Origin: Betaproteobacteria bacterium
GTDB lineage: Bacteria; Pseudomonadota; Gammaproteobacteria; Burkholderiales; JACQAP01
Length of the DNA stretch: 62,959 nucleotides
Direction: 5' to 3'
NCBI GenBank assembly: GCA_025351455.1
Contig: JANXVW010000137.1
Coordinates: 1 to 62,959 of the forward strand
A program made the position numbers and the translations under genes. Of the stretch, positions 28,819-40,615 are shown one piece after another (the stretch's first letter is position 1; each line of letters opens with the position of its first letter). The notes under the pieces were generated by a model. It worked only from the letters and a program-made list of their open reading frames with translations. It was not told where the DNA came from and did not search any database.

Positions 28819-28996
28819 TCTCACCGCAGAGGCGCGAGAGGACGCCCCATCACCCCAGCCCTCTCCCCCGCAACGGGTGGAGAGGGAGAGGGAAAAGCCG
28901 GCGATCATTCGTCGCTCTCCTGCTTTTCAGCTCCTTCTCCGCTCAGGGGAGAAGGCGGGGATGAGGTGATTTCCTCCGCGTCCTTTGCGGTGAGAG
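28819..28996. repeat. Composite REP/BIME-like palindromic element between convergent xthA and ampG
   Basis: Outer arms TCTCACCGCAGAGG.../...CCTTTGCGGTGAGA. Inside are two inverted REP-like hairpins: CCCTCTCCCCCGCAACGGGTGGAGAGGG (about 28858-28886) and CCTTCTCCGCTCAGGGGAGAAGG (about 28933-28955). Confidence 0.7.
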
Positions 28997-29007
28997 TGCA
29001 TGAAAGA

Positions 29008-30312
29008 TTAAGGACGGCCGGCGTTGGTCGTGCGCGCACCGGGCAGGGGATTCATTTCGCTCCACGGCGCAACCTTGAACAGCAGCAGCATCCCGGGAAG
29101 CGCGAGCAACACGCACAGCATGAAGAAGCCGAACCAGCCGAGTTGCTCGACCAGCCATCCGGTCGTCGCATTAAGAAAGGTCCGCGGCACGGCGGCGAGG
29201 CTGGTGAACAACGCAAATTGCGTGGCGGTATAGGCCGGATGCGTGGCGCGCGCGATGTAAGCCACGAACGCGGCGGCGCCGAGGCCCACGCCGAGCGCTT
29301 CGAAGCCGATCACCAGCGCGAGCGCAGCCCGTTCCGGGGCACCGATCTGCAAAAACGGTCCGATGCGGGACAGCCACGCGAAGCCGAGAATCGATACGAC
29401 CTGGACCACGCCGAACAGCCACAGGCCGCGGTTGATGCCGAGCTTCAGCATCCACAACCCGCCCAGTAATCCGCCGATCACGCTGGGCCACAGGCCGGCG
29501 TTTTTCGCGATGAGGCCGATATCGGATTTCGAAAAACCCATGTCCAGGTAGAAGGGCGTGGCAAGCGCGGTGCACATGCTGTCGCCGAGTTTGTAGAGGA
29601 AAATGAAACCGAGCACCAGCAACGCGCTGCGCACGCCGGCGCGGCCGATAAATTCATGGAACGGTTCGACCACAGCGTCGCGCAATGTTTTCGGGCGGGT
29701 TCCCGTTATCACGGGTTCCGCCACCAGCAGCGTCATCGCCATGCCCGGAATCATGAATAGCGCTGTAACGGCGAATACGACCGGCCAGGCAAAGTGGTCC
29801 GCCATGATCAGCGACAGCGAACCCGGCACAAGGCCCGCGATCCGGTAGGCATTGACGTGCACCGCATTCCCCAGGCCAAGCTCGGCGTTCGACAGCAATT
29901 CCCGGCGGTAGGCGTCGATCGCAATGTCCTGCGTTGCGCTGAGAAAAGCGACGGCAGTGGCTGCATAAATCACCCAGGACAGTTCATCGCGCGGCGAAAG
30001 CGTGCCCATCCAGGCGATGGTTGCCATCAGCGCGAGTTGGGTGACCAGCATCCAGCCGCGGCGGCGGCCGAACATCGGCACCACGTAACGGTCCAGGAAG
30101 GGTGACCAGAGGAATTTCCAGGTGTAGGGAAACTGAATCAGCGCGAAGGCGCCGATGACCTTGAGGTTGATGCCCTCGGTGCGCAGCCAGGCCGGCAGCA
30201 GATTGAGCAGCAGGTAAAGCGGCAAGCCCGAACTGAAGCCGGTGAATACGCAGATCAGCATGCGGCGCGTGAACAGCGCCGAAACCATGGACGGTTGCGT
30301 CATGCCGCCCAA
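29008..30312 (-). CDS. ampG: AmpG-family muropeptide MFS permease
   Basis: 434 aa, 12+ TM segments, with FTGFSSGLPLYLL..LLPAWLR..G and WSPFLDRY, typical of AmpG. Confidence 0.85.
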   Translation of the reverse strand: MGGMTQPSMVSALFTRRMLICVFTGFSSGLPLYLLLNLLPAWLRTEGINLKVIGAFALIQFPYTWKFLWSPFLDRYVVPMFGRRRGWMLVTQLALMATIAWMGTLSPRDELSWVIYAATAVAFLSATQDIAIDAYRRELLSNAELGLGNAVHVNAYRIAGLVPGSLSLIMADHFAWPVVFAVTALFMIPGMAMTLLVAEPVITGTRPKTLRDAVVEPFHEFIGRAGVRSALLVLGFIFLYKLGDSMCTALATPFYLDMGFSKSDIGLIAKNAGLWPSVIGGLLGGLWMLKLGINRGLWLFGVVQVVSILGFAWLSRIGPFLQIGAPERAALALVIGFEALGVGLGAAAFVAYIARATHPAYTATQFALFTSLAAVPRTFLNATTGWLVEQLGWFGFFMLCVLLALPGMLLLFKVAPWSEMNPLPGARTTNAGRP

Positions 30313-30924
30313 TCAGGCCCGATCGAAACGATACACCGCCAGCGAGCCGCGCAGGTTGGGCATCCAGTTGACCGGACGACCGTCGACCATGACGTTTCTT
30401 TCCAGGATGCGGATGCCGTGTCCGGCGCAGAAATTCTCGAAATCGTCAATGGTGAAAAGATGGATATTGGGCGTGTCGTACCACTCGTAGGGAAGCGCCT
30501 TCGACACCGGCATGTTTCCGGCGAAGACCTGCAGGCGCGGACGCCAGTAGCCGAAATTCGGAAACGTGACGATGCCTTCGCGCCCCACGCGCAGCATTTC
30601 GTTGACGATGCGTTCGGTATGGCGGATCGCCTGCAGCGTCTGCGACAGGATCACGTAGTCGAATGAGCCGTCCTCGAACCCGGACAGTCCGGATTCCAGG
30701 TCGTACTGCAGGACGTTCACGCCGCTTTTGACGCAGGCGAGTACATTGGCGTCATCGATTTCCATGCCGTAACCCGTTACGCCGCGCGCCTCCTGCAGGT
30801 GGCGCAACAGGGAACCGTCGCCGCAACCGAGGTCGAGCACCTTTGCTTCGGGCCTGATCCATTTCGCGATCGCGACGAAGTCCGGGCGCGCCGACAGGGA
30901 GGCGGGGGTAGCGGAGGGCATCAT
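30313..30924 (-). CDS. metW: Methionine biosynthesis protein MetW
   Basis: SAM-MTase-like fold motif [12 protein letters not shown]. Its start overlaps the metX stop by 4 nt. C-terminus ...[15 protein letters not shown]. Confidence 0.9.
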   Translation of the reverse strand: MMPSATPASLSARPDFVAIAKWIRPEAKVLDLGCGDGSLLRHLQEARGVTGYGMEIDDANVLACVKSGVNVLQYDLESGLSGFEDGSFDYVILSQTLQAIRHTERIVNEMLRVGREGIVTFPNFGYWRPRLQVFAGNMPVSKALPYEWYDTPNIHLFTIDDFENFCAGHGIRILERNVMVDGRPVNWMPNLRGSLAVYRFDRA

Positions 30925-32063
30925 GAGGCGGACACTTCCCGGGCAATGTTGTCGAAGTACGCGCGAATCAGCTTGTGGTAACGCGGATCTTCCATCAGGA
31001 AGGCATCGTGGCCATGCGGCGCATCGATTTCCGCATAACTCACGCTCAGGCGGTTGTCGAGCAACGCCTTGACGATTTCGTGCGAGCGCGCCGGCGAAAA
31101 CCGCCAGTCGGACGTAAACGAAACCACCAGGAACCTCGCCTCCGCCGATGCGAGCGCCGCGGACAAATGGCCGCCGCTGGCCGCGGCCGGATCGAAATAA
31201 TCGAGCGCCTTGGTGATGCGCAGGTACGTATTGGCGTCGAAGCGCTCCGCGAACTTGTCGGCCTGATAGCGCAGGTAGGATTCGATCTGGAACTCGACGT
31301 CGAAATTGAACTTCAGTTCGACGCCGCGCCGTTCGCGGCCGAATTTTTCGGCCATCGCGTCATCGGAAAGATAAGTGATGTGGCCGATCATGCGCGCGAT
31401 GCGCAAACCGCGCTTCGGTACGACACCCTGCGAATAGTAATTGCCGCCGTGAAAATCCGGATCAGTGGTGATCGCCTGGCGCGCGACCTCGTTGAAGGCG
31501 ATGTTCTGCGCCGACAGTTTCGGCGCCGCCGCGATCACGATGGAGTGCGCCACGCGCTGCGGCTGACTGATCGCCCATTGCATCGCCTGCATCGCGCCCA
31601 AGCTCCCCCCCATGATGGCGGCGAACCGGACGATCCCGAGAAAAGTCGCCAGGCGCGACTGGGCTTCCACCCAATCCTCGACGGTGACCACGGGAAAATC
31701 GGCGCCCCACTGCCGGCCGGTCGCGGGATTGATGCTGGCAGGTCCGGTCGACCCGTGGCAGCCGCCGATGTTGTTGACGCCGACCACGAAGAAACGATTA
31801 GTGTCGAGCGGTTTTCCCGGCCCGATCAGGTTGTCCCACCAGCCGATATTTTCGGGATCATCGGCATAGACCCCGGCTACATGGTGCGAAGCGTTGAGCG
31901 CGTGGCAGACCAGCACCGCGTTGCTGCGTGCCGCATTCAGGGTCCCATAGGTTTCATAGGCGAGTTCGTACGCATCGAGCCGGGCGCCGCTTTTGAGCGC
32001 GATCGGATCCTCGAAACGGGCGAGTTTGGCGTTGACGACGCCGACTGAACCTTCGGGTGGCAT
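30921..32063 (-). CDS. metX: Homoserine O-acetyltransferase (MetX)
   Basis: ...[16 protein letters not shown]...[34 protein letters not shown]...GGSLGAMQA.... Confidence 0.93.
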   Translation of the reverse strand: MPPEGSVGVVNAKLARFEDPIALKSGARLDAYELAYETYGTLNAARSNAVLVCHALNASHHVAGVYADDPENIGWWDNLIGPGKPLDTNRFFVVGVNNIGGCHGSTGPASINPATGRQWGADFPVVTVEDWVEAQSRLATFLGIVRFAAIMGGSLGAMQAMQWAISQPQRVAHSIVIAAAPKLSAQNIAFNEVARQAITTDPDFHGGNYYSQGVVPKRGLRIARMIGHITYLSDDAMAEKFGRERRGVELKFNFDVEFQIESYLRYQADKFAERFDANTYLRITKALDYFDPAAASGGHLSAALASAEARFLVVSFTSDWRFSPARSHEIVKALLDNRLSVSYAEIDAPHGHDAFLMEDPRYHKLIRAYFDNIAREVSAS

Positions 32064-32126
32064 GGGTAAATCCGGATTATCGTTGCGCGGATTATATCGT
32101 CCGCGCCGCCGGTTTACGGGATGGTG

Positions 32127-32621
32127 TTACGCGAGCGGTTTGGCCACCGAAAGCCGGCGCAGCATCTGCTGCACCGCGTCCGCTTTCATGTCCCGAAACA
32201 ACAGGAGTTGTTCCGATTCCTTGGCGAGCACCTCGGTATCGTCGTAGGTCATGTCGCGGTGCAGGTCGATCGTGCCGGGTTGCGCCAGATCGACCCCCGC
32301 GCGATCCGTCAGCCGATAGGTCACCCGGTAGCGAAGATCGAATTCACGCACCTTGCCGCCCGAAGACAGGGAAAGAATACGGTTCTCCTGCAGCTCGCCC
32401 GTTATCTTGAGCACCGCCTCCGCCTCATCCCGTCTGGACACGACTTTGGTCTGGCTGCCGGAACGGATCGCCCGCTCCAGGTCGCTGGCGAACTGTGAAT
32501 AACCGGCGGTTTCGATGAATATGGTCTTGTAAGGAATCGCCGCCTGGCCACGCAGCTGGAAGCCGCAGGAGGAGAGGCTCATTGCGACAAGAAAGAGCGC
32601 GATGAGCAGGACTGAGGACAT
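32127..32621 (-). CDS. lptE: LPS-assembly lipoprotein LptE
   Basis: MSSVLLIALFLVAMSLSSCGFQLRG (lipobox), 164 aa, downstream of leuS as usual. The ORF-track extension to 32894 runs through a repeat element and overlaps leuS, so I rejected it. Confidence 0.85.
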   Translation of the reverse strand: MSSVLLIALFLVAMSLSSCGFQLRGQAAIPYKTIFIETAGYSQFASDLERAIRSGSQTKVVSRRDEAEAVLKITGELQENRILSLSSGGKVREFDLRYRVTYRLTDRAGVDLAQPGTIDLHRDMTYDDTEVLAKESEQLLLFRDMKADAVQQMLRRLSVAKPLA

Positions 32622-32721
32622 CCCGCTGACAAGGCGTTCGCGGAGCGATCCGGGGCGGGAAGCGGGATTAGGGCGCGCTTCCCGCAGACGGCCGACTTCG
32701 TCGGTAACGAGTCCGCGCGCC

Positions 32722-32851
32722 GGACTCAGGACTAAGTGAAAAGCGGGCAAATGCACGCGAAGCGTCGAAAGACCCGCTGATCCAGCTTTCCGGTTCACTT
32801 GTTCGACCTCCAAACTTTTACCTGAGTCCCGAGTCCTAAGTCCCGAGTCCT
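32722..32851. repeat. Heptamer-array inverted element (GGACTCA/GAGTCCT family) between leuS and lptE
   Basis: Left arm GGACTCA GGACTAA GTG at 32722-32738, which shares GGACTCAGGACTAAGT with 17489-17504. Right arm GAGTCCC GAGTCCT AAGTCCC GAGTCCT at 32824-32851. GGACTCAGG can pair with CCTGAGTCC. Confidence 0.85.
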
Positions 32852-32856
32852 GTTTT

Positions 32857-35475
<2,619 letters not shown>

Positions 35476-35555
35476 TTATACCGTCGTGCCCCTGCATCCG
35501 TTCAGCACTTGCTGACGTATCTTCGATCGCAGACACCAATGAAAGGGATCACACC

Positions 35556-36428
35556 ATGTTGTTGCGCACCGGACTTTTCGTCCTTTTACTTTTTGCGGCC
35601 GATCTTTTGCTCGCTGCGCCCGATGCCGTGGTCGAAGGCATCCAGCTCCCGGCCTGGGTCACCCGCGACGGAAAACGCCAACCGCTCGCCATCGGCACCG
35701 AATTGCAGAACAGCGACGAAGTGTCGACCGGCGGCAATTCGCGCCTTCTCCTGCGCCTGGGCGACGGCAGCGTGGTCAAGCTCGGCGAAAACGGCAGGCT
35801 GCAACTATCCGATCTCGTGCAAAAGCGCAAGCAAGGATTCCTCGCCGCCACACTGAAAGTGCTCGAAGGCGCATTCCGTTTCACCACTGACGTGGCGGTG
35901 AAGGCTCGTGGCAGCCGCGATATCAAAGTGCACTTTCCGACGATCACCGCCGGCATCCGCGGCACCGACATCTGGGGAAAGAATCTCGGCGACAAGGAAG
36001 TCGTCGTGCTGATCGAAGGCAAGATAATCGTGGCCCGCACAGGCGACCAGCCCGTGGAGATGAAAGACCCGCTGACTTACCTGCAGGCGCCGAAGACGGG
36101 CGCCGCGACGGTCGAGGCGGTTCCCATGGAACAACTGAAGGCCTGGGCAGCGGAAACCGAGATAAGTGACGGCGCAGGCGCGCTGCGCAAAGGCGGTCAC
36201 TGGAAACTCTATCTCGGCAGCTACCAGCAGCAGCTCGAAGCCTTGTCCCTTTACGATCGCCTGCGCCGTGAAGGTTACCCGGTGCGCATCCAGCCCGGAC
36301 AAGCGGACGGCGGCCAGATTTATCGTCTGCGTCTCGCCGGCTTTTCCAGCGAACAGGAAGCCAACGCGCTGGGCGCGCGCCTGAAGCAGGGCAACCCCCG
36401 GCTCGAACCGATGGCCTCGCTGCAATAG
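35556..36428 (+). CDS. FecR-domain protein with C-terminal SPOR domain
   Basis: A signal peptide, a FecR-like beta region (GGNSRLLLRLGDGSVVKLGENGRLQL), and a C-terminal SPOR domain (WKLYLGSYQQQLEALSLYDRL...YRLRLAGFSSEQEANAL). Confidence 0.65.
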   Translation: MLLRTGLFVLLLFAADLLLAAPDAVVEGIQLPAWVTRDGKRQPLAIGTELQNSDEVSTGGNSRLLLRLGDGSVVKLGENGRLQLSDLVQKRKQGFLAATLKVLEGAFRFTTDVAVKARGSRDIKVHFPTITAGIRGTDIWGKNLGDKEVVVLIEGKIIVARTGDQPVEMKDPLTYLQAPKTGAATVEAVPMEQLKAWAAETEISDGAGALRKGGHWKLYLGSYQQQLEALSLYDRLRREGYPVRIQPGQADGGQIYRLRLAGFSSEQEANALGARLKQGNPRLEPMASLQ

Positions 36429-36536
36429 TCCCCACGCTTCCCTGCTTTCGGCGCGTTGTCGCCGAAAGCAGTTTTCGTTGTACCATCGCCGGGCAGCCGA
36501 GCTATTCGAAAATCGTGTCCCTCCACCCGGCCCATC

Positions 36537-37424
36537 ATGTCGCGCAAGCATCCCATCATCGCCGTTACCGGTTCCTCCGGCGCCGGGACCACGTCGGTGC
36601 GCAAGACCTTCGAGAACATCTTCCACCTCGAACAGATCGACGCGGCGCTGATCGAAGGCGACAGTTTCCATCGTTATGAACGCGATGACATGCGCCGGCT
36701 GATCGACGCCTATGAACAGATCGGCGGCCAGGCCATCAGTCACTTCGGGCCGGAAGCAAACCTGTTCGAGGAACTCGAGGCCTTGTTCGGAGAATACAGC
36801 CAGCATGGCGGTGGCAATGCGCGGATCTATCTGCACAACGAGGAACGCGCTGCCCGTTATGGCCGCAAAGCCGGCACCTTCACGCCATGGGAGAAGCTGG
36901 CGGCGAACACCGACCTGCTGTTCTATGAAGGCCTGCATGGCGGCATCGTCACCGACAAGGTCGACGTGGCCCGCCACGTCGACCTGCTGATCGGCGTGAC
37001 TCCGACGGTCAATCTGGAGTGGATCCAGAAGATCAACCGCGACATGCAGGCGCGCGGTTACTCGATAGACGTGGTGACGCAGACCATCCTGCGGCGCATG
37101 TACGACTATGTGCACTACATCACGCCGCAGTTCTCACGCACCCATGTCAATTTCCAGCGCGTGCCGACGGTCGATACGTCCAATCCCTTCGTCGTGCGCG
37201 AGGTGCCGCGGCCGGAGGAAAGTTTCGTCGTCATCAGGCTATCGAATGCGGAGTACCTGAACGTGCCTTATCTGCTGGCCATGATCGAGGATTCCTTCCT
37301 GTCGCGGCCGGACACCATCGTCGTGCCCGGAACGAAAATGGAATATGCGATGCAGCTCATCCTGACGCCGATGATCCGCGATCTGGTCAATGAAAGCAGA
37401 AAGGCGCGCGAAACCAGGTCTTGA
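36537..37424 (+). CDS. prk: Phosphoribulokinase
   Basis: MSRKHPIIAVTGSSGAGTTSV (P-loop) ...IEGDSFHRY.R..M...; 295 aa from the internal ATG at 36537. Confidence 0.88.
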   Translation: MSRKHPIIAVTGSSGAGTTSVRKTFENIFHLEQIDAALIEGDSFHRYERDDMRRLIDAYEQIGGQAISHFGPEANLFEELEALFGEYSQHGGGNARIYLHNEERAARYGRKAGTFTPWEKLAANTDLLFYEGLHGGIVTDKVDVARHVDLLIGVTPTVNLEWIQKINRDMQARGYSIDVVTQTILRRMYDYVHYITPQFSRTHVNFQRVPTVDTSNPFVVREVPRPEESFVVIRLSNAEYLNVPYLLAMIEDSFLSRPDTIVVPGTKMEYAMQLILTPMIRDLVNESRKARETRS

Positions 37425-37590
37425 ACCACGGAGGGCACGGAGGAGAACCGGAAGAAAAAAGATGGAAAAAATGGCCGCGGTTCACTCATGGCGCCGGCCG
37501 GTAACCACCATCCATTGTGGTCCTTCAAATACGCGCCAAGTTTCTCACTTCCCCGGTTATTGTTCTTCTCCGTGTCCTCCGTGGTTCAAG
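37421..37590. repeat. Long imperfect inverted repeat (CACGGAG heptamer family) between prk and uvrD
   Basis: TTGAACCACGGAGGGCACGGAGGAGAAC at 37421-37448 pairs with GTTCTTCTCCGTGTCCTCCGTGGTTCAAG at 37562-37590. The core is about 113 nt. The right arm is followed by GTTTTG, so it may act as the prk terminator. Confidence 0.8.
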
Positions 37591-37651
37591 GTTTTGTCCT
37601 GTCGTTAACTTATAATCCGGGATCGCAACCGCAATCCGCTCCGTATCCCGA

Positions 37652-39838
37652 ATGTCGCTTCTTGAAGGCCTCAATCCGCAGCAACTCGAAGCCGTCACGC
37701 TTCCGCACCAGTCGGCGCTGATCCTCGCCGGCGCCGGCTCCGGCAAGACCCGCGTGCTCACCACGCGCATCGCCTGGCTGATCCAGACCGGGCAGATCAG
37801 TCCGCAAGGCCTGCTGGCCGTAACATTCACCAACAAGGCTTCGCGCGAAATGCTGCTGCGCATCTCCGCCATGCTGCCGATCAACACGCGTGGCATGTGG
37901 GTGGGCACTTTCCACGGACTGTGCAACCGCATCCTGCGCGCGCACTTCCGCGATGCCGGATTACCGCAGACCTTCCAGATCCTGGATTCGGCCGACCAGC
38001 TGGCCATGGTCAAGCGCGTCATGAAGTCGATGAACATCGACGACGAGAAATATCCGCCGAAGCAGGCGCAGTATTTCATCAACAACGCCAAGGAACAGGG
38101 CCTGCGCGCGGCGAAGGTCGAAGCCTTAGATGATTTTTCTCGCAAGCTGGTGAGCGTTTACGAAACTTACGATGCGCAGTGCAACCGCGAAGGCGTGGTG
38201 GATTTCGCCGAGCTCCTGCTGCGCTGCTTCGAACTGCTGTCGAAGAACGAGATCCTGCGCGAGCACTATCGCGCGCGTTTCAAACATATCCTGGTTGACG
38301 AGTTCCAGGATACCAACCGCCTGCAATACTTCTGGCTCAAACTGCTGGCGGGCCCGAAGAACACCATTTTTGCCGTCGGCGACGACGACCAGTCGATTTA
38401 TGCCTTCCGCGGCGCGCGCGCCGGCAACATGCTCGATTTCGAGAAGGACTTCCATGTCGAGAAGGTCATCAAGCTCGAACAGAATTATCGCAGCCAGGGC
38501 AGCATCCTGGATGCGGCCAACGCGCTGATCCGCCACAACCACACGCGGCTGGGCAAGAACCTGTGGACGGCGCAGGGCAGCGGCGAGCCCCTGCGTTTAT
38601 ACGAAGCGATGACCGACTTCGAGGAGGCCGGTTATATCCTCGAAGAAGTGAAGCAATTGAAGAACGAGGGCACCGCGCTTTCGGAAATCGCGCTGCTGTA
38701 TCGCTCCAATGCCCAGTCGCGGGTACTCGAGCACGCGCTGTTCAATGCGGGAATTTCCTATCGCGTCTACGGTGGGTTGCGTTTTTTTGAGCGCCAGGAA
38801 ATCAAACATGCGCTGGCTTACCTGCGCCTCGTGGCGAACGCCGACGATGACGGCGCGTTCCTGCGCGTCGTCAATTTCCCGACGCGCGGCATCGGCAACC
38901 GCAGCATCGAACAACTGCAGGAAGTTTCCGCCGGACGCGGCATCTCGCTGTGGCAGTCGGCATGCGCCAATACCCTGGGCGGCAAGGCCGGCACCAGCAT
39001 CGCCGGCTTCGTCAGGCTGATCGAATCGATGCGCTCGGCATGTGAAAACCTGCCGCTGCCGGAAATCATCGACCACGTCGTCGAATTGAGCGGATTGATC
39101 ACGCACTACCAGAGTGAACGCGAAGGCGAAGACCGCCTCGAGAACCTGGGCGAACTGACCAATGCCGCGGCGTCCTTCGCCTCCGCCGACGGACCGATCG
39201 CGCAAGTCACCGAGGAAGGCGAAATCCAGGCACAGGGCTTCCCCGCGCTGGCGACTTTCCTGGCGCACGCGTCGCTGGAAGCAGGGGAACACCAAGCGGC
39301 GGCGGGATCCGATGCGTTGCAGTTGATGACCGTACATTCCGCCAAGGGTTTGGAATTCCATGCCGTGTTCATAACGGGCCTGGAAGAAGGCCTGTTCCCG
39401 CACGAGAACAGCATTTCCGAACAGGACGGGCTGGAGGAAGAAAGGCGGCTGATGTACGTGGCGCTGACGCGCGCGCGCCGGCGGCTCTACCTCACCCACA
39501 CGCAGACTCGCATGCTGCACGGGCAGACGCGCTACAACATCGCGTCGCGCTTCCTCGAGGAAATCCCGGAGGAACTGATCAAGCGGGTCAACACGACCAA
39601 GTACTCTGCATTCGTCAGCGCCAAGGGCTTCGATCCGGCCTACGAGGCAAAGGCGCCGAAAATGCAAACCACGGTATCAGGCTGGCGCATCGGGCAAAAC
39701 GTGGTGCATGCGAAATTCGGCACCGGTGTCATCGTCAGCGCCGAAGGGCGCGGCGCGGATGCGCGCGTCCAGGTCAATTTTCGCGAAGCCGGCATGAAGT
39801 GGCTCGCGCTCGAATACGCCAAACTGGTGCCCGCCTGA
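37652..39838 (+). CDS. uvrD: DNA helicase II (UvrD)
   Basis: LNPQQLEAV......LILAGAGSGKTRVLT...VDEFQDTN... and other SF1 motifs; 728 aa. Confidence 0.95.
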   Translation: MSLLEGLNPQQLEAVTLPHQSALILAGAGSGKTRVLTTRIAWLIQTGQISPQGLLAVTFTNKASREMLLRISAMLPINTRGMWVGTFHGLCNRILRAHFRDAGLPQTFQILDSADQLAMVKRVMKSMNIDDEKYPPKQAQYFINNAKEQGLRAAKVEALDDFSRKLVSVYETYDAQCNREGVVDFAELLLRCFELLSKNEILREHYRARFKHILVDEFQDTNRLQYFWLKLLAGPKNTIFAVGDDDQSIYAFRGARAGNMLDFEKDFHVEKVIKLEQNYRSQGSILDAANALIRHNHTRLGKNLWTAQGSGEPLRLYEAMTDFEEAGYILEEVKQLKNEGTALSEIALLYRSNAQSRVLEHALFNAGISYRVYGGLRFFERQEIKHALAYLRLVANADDDGAFLRVVNFPTRGIGNRSIEQLQEVSAGRGISLWQSACANTLGGKAGTSIAGFVRLIESMRSACENLPLPEIIDHVVELSGLITHYQSEREGEDRLENLGELTNAAASFASADGPIAQVTEEGEIQAQGFPALATFLAHASLEAGEHQAAAGSDALQLMTVHSAKGLEFHAVFITGLEEGLFPHENSISEQDGLEEERRLMYVALTRARRRLYLTHTQTRMLHGQTRYNIASRFLEEIPEELIKRVNTTKYSAFVSAKGFDPAYEAKAPKMQTTVSGWRIGQNVVHAKFGTGVIVSAEGRGADARVQVNFREAGMKWLALEYAKLVPA

Positions 39839-39842
39839 GTCC

Positions 39843-40595
39843 CTATTGCGCGGCAGGCGGCGCCGGCTCGTCGCGGAACAGGTCGCGGTAGCTCGTGTAA
39901 ATCGACGGCAGGATCAGCAGCATGACGATCCACAGGCCGGGATTGCGCTCGATGCGGGTCAGGTCGAAGGGCAGCATGAGCAGGACGAGCGGGACCAGGA
40001 TGATCAATCCGTAGACCAGGAAGGCCAGCATGTTCCTCTGGCAGGCAATGAAACTGGAACGCAGCGCGAGTGCCGGCTTCTCGTTTCTGAACACCACGAG
40101 CAACGGCGCAAACCACAGCGCCATGGTCAGCGGCAGCGAAAGCGCCAATCCGAGCAGCAAGGCCATCACGGCCGGTCCCAATGCCTGGATCAGGACCTCC
40201 GGATCGACGTTCTGCGCCTGGCCCGAAACCACCTGCTGAATCGCTTCGCCGCCGATCCCGTACATCAGGACCGCGATGATGATGTTGCCGATCAGGTAGA
40301 AGCCGCCAAGCGTGATCAGGTTGAGGGTATTGGTGCGGAAGCCGACAAAAAAATGTGCGATCTGGAGTTGGTCGCCTTTCTCCAGCGCCCGGCAGCCGAC
40401 CATGAGCCCGCCGATGAGCACCGGGGTGCACAGGGCCAGCAGCAATCCGGCGAACGGTATCCACGCGGCGACAAACACCAGGACCCACAGCATCAGCACG
40501 AACAACACCCAGACGAAAAAATTCCTGCGCAACAGGACCAGCCCCTGCATCAGCCACTTCAGGCCATGGGAGGCCGGCGCTTTTTCGATATTCAT
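39843..40595 (-). CDS. BPSS1780-like inner membrane protein
   Basis: MNIEKAPASHGLKWLMQGLVLLRRNFFVWV...; 250 aa with about 6 TM segments. The ORF-track N-terminal extension to 41258 is antisense to thrB, so I rejected it. Confidence 0.7.
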   Translation of the reverse strand: MNIEKAPASHGLKWLMQGLVLLRRNFFVWVLFVLMLWVLVFVAAWIPFAGLLLALCTPVLIGGLMVGCRALEKGDQLQIAHFFVGFRTNTLNLITLGGFYLIGNIIIAVLMYGIGGEAIQQVVSGQAQNVDPEVLIQALGPAVMALLLGLALSLPLTMALWFAPLLVVFRNEKPALALRSSFIACQRNMLAFLVYGLIILVPLVLLMLPFDLTRIERNPGLWIVMLLILPSIYTSYRDLFRDEPAPPAAQ

Positions 40596-40615
40596 GTCGG
40601 TGTTTCCTTCGGGCG

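Noticed and set aside
37594-37620. LexA (SOS) box in front of uvrD
   Set aside because: CTGTCGTTAACTTATAAT contains CTGT but has no ACAG partner at the required N8 spacing.
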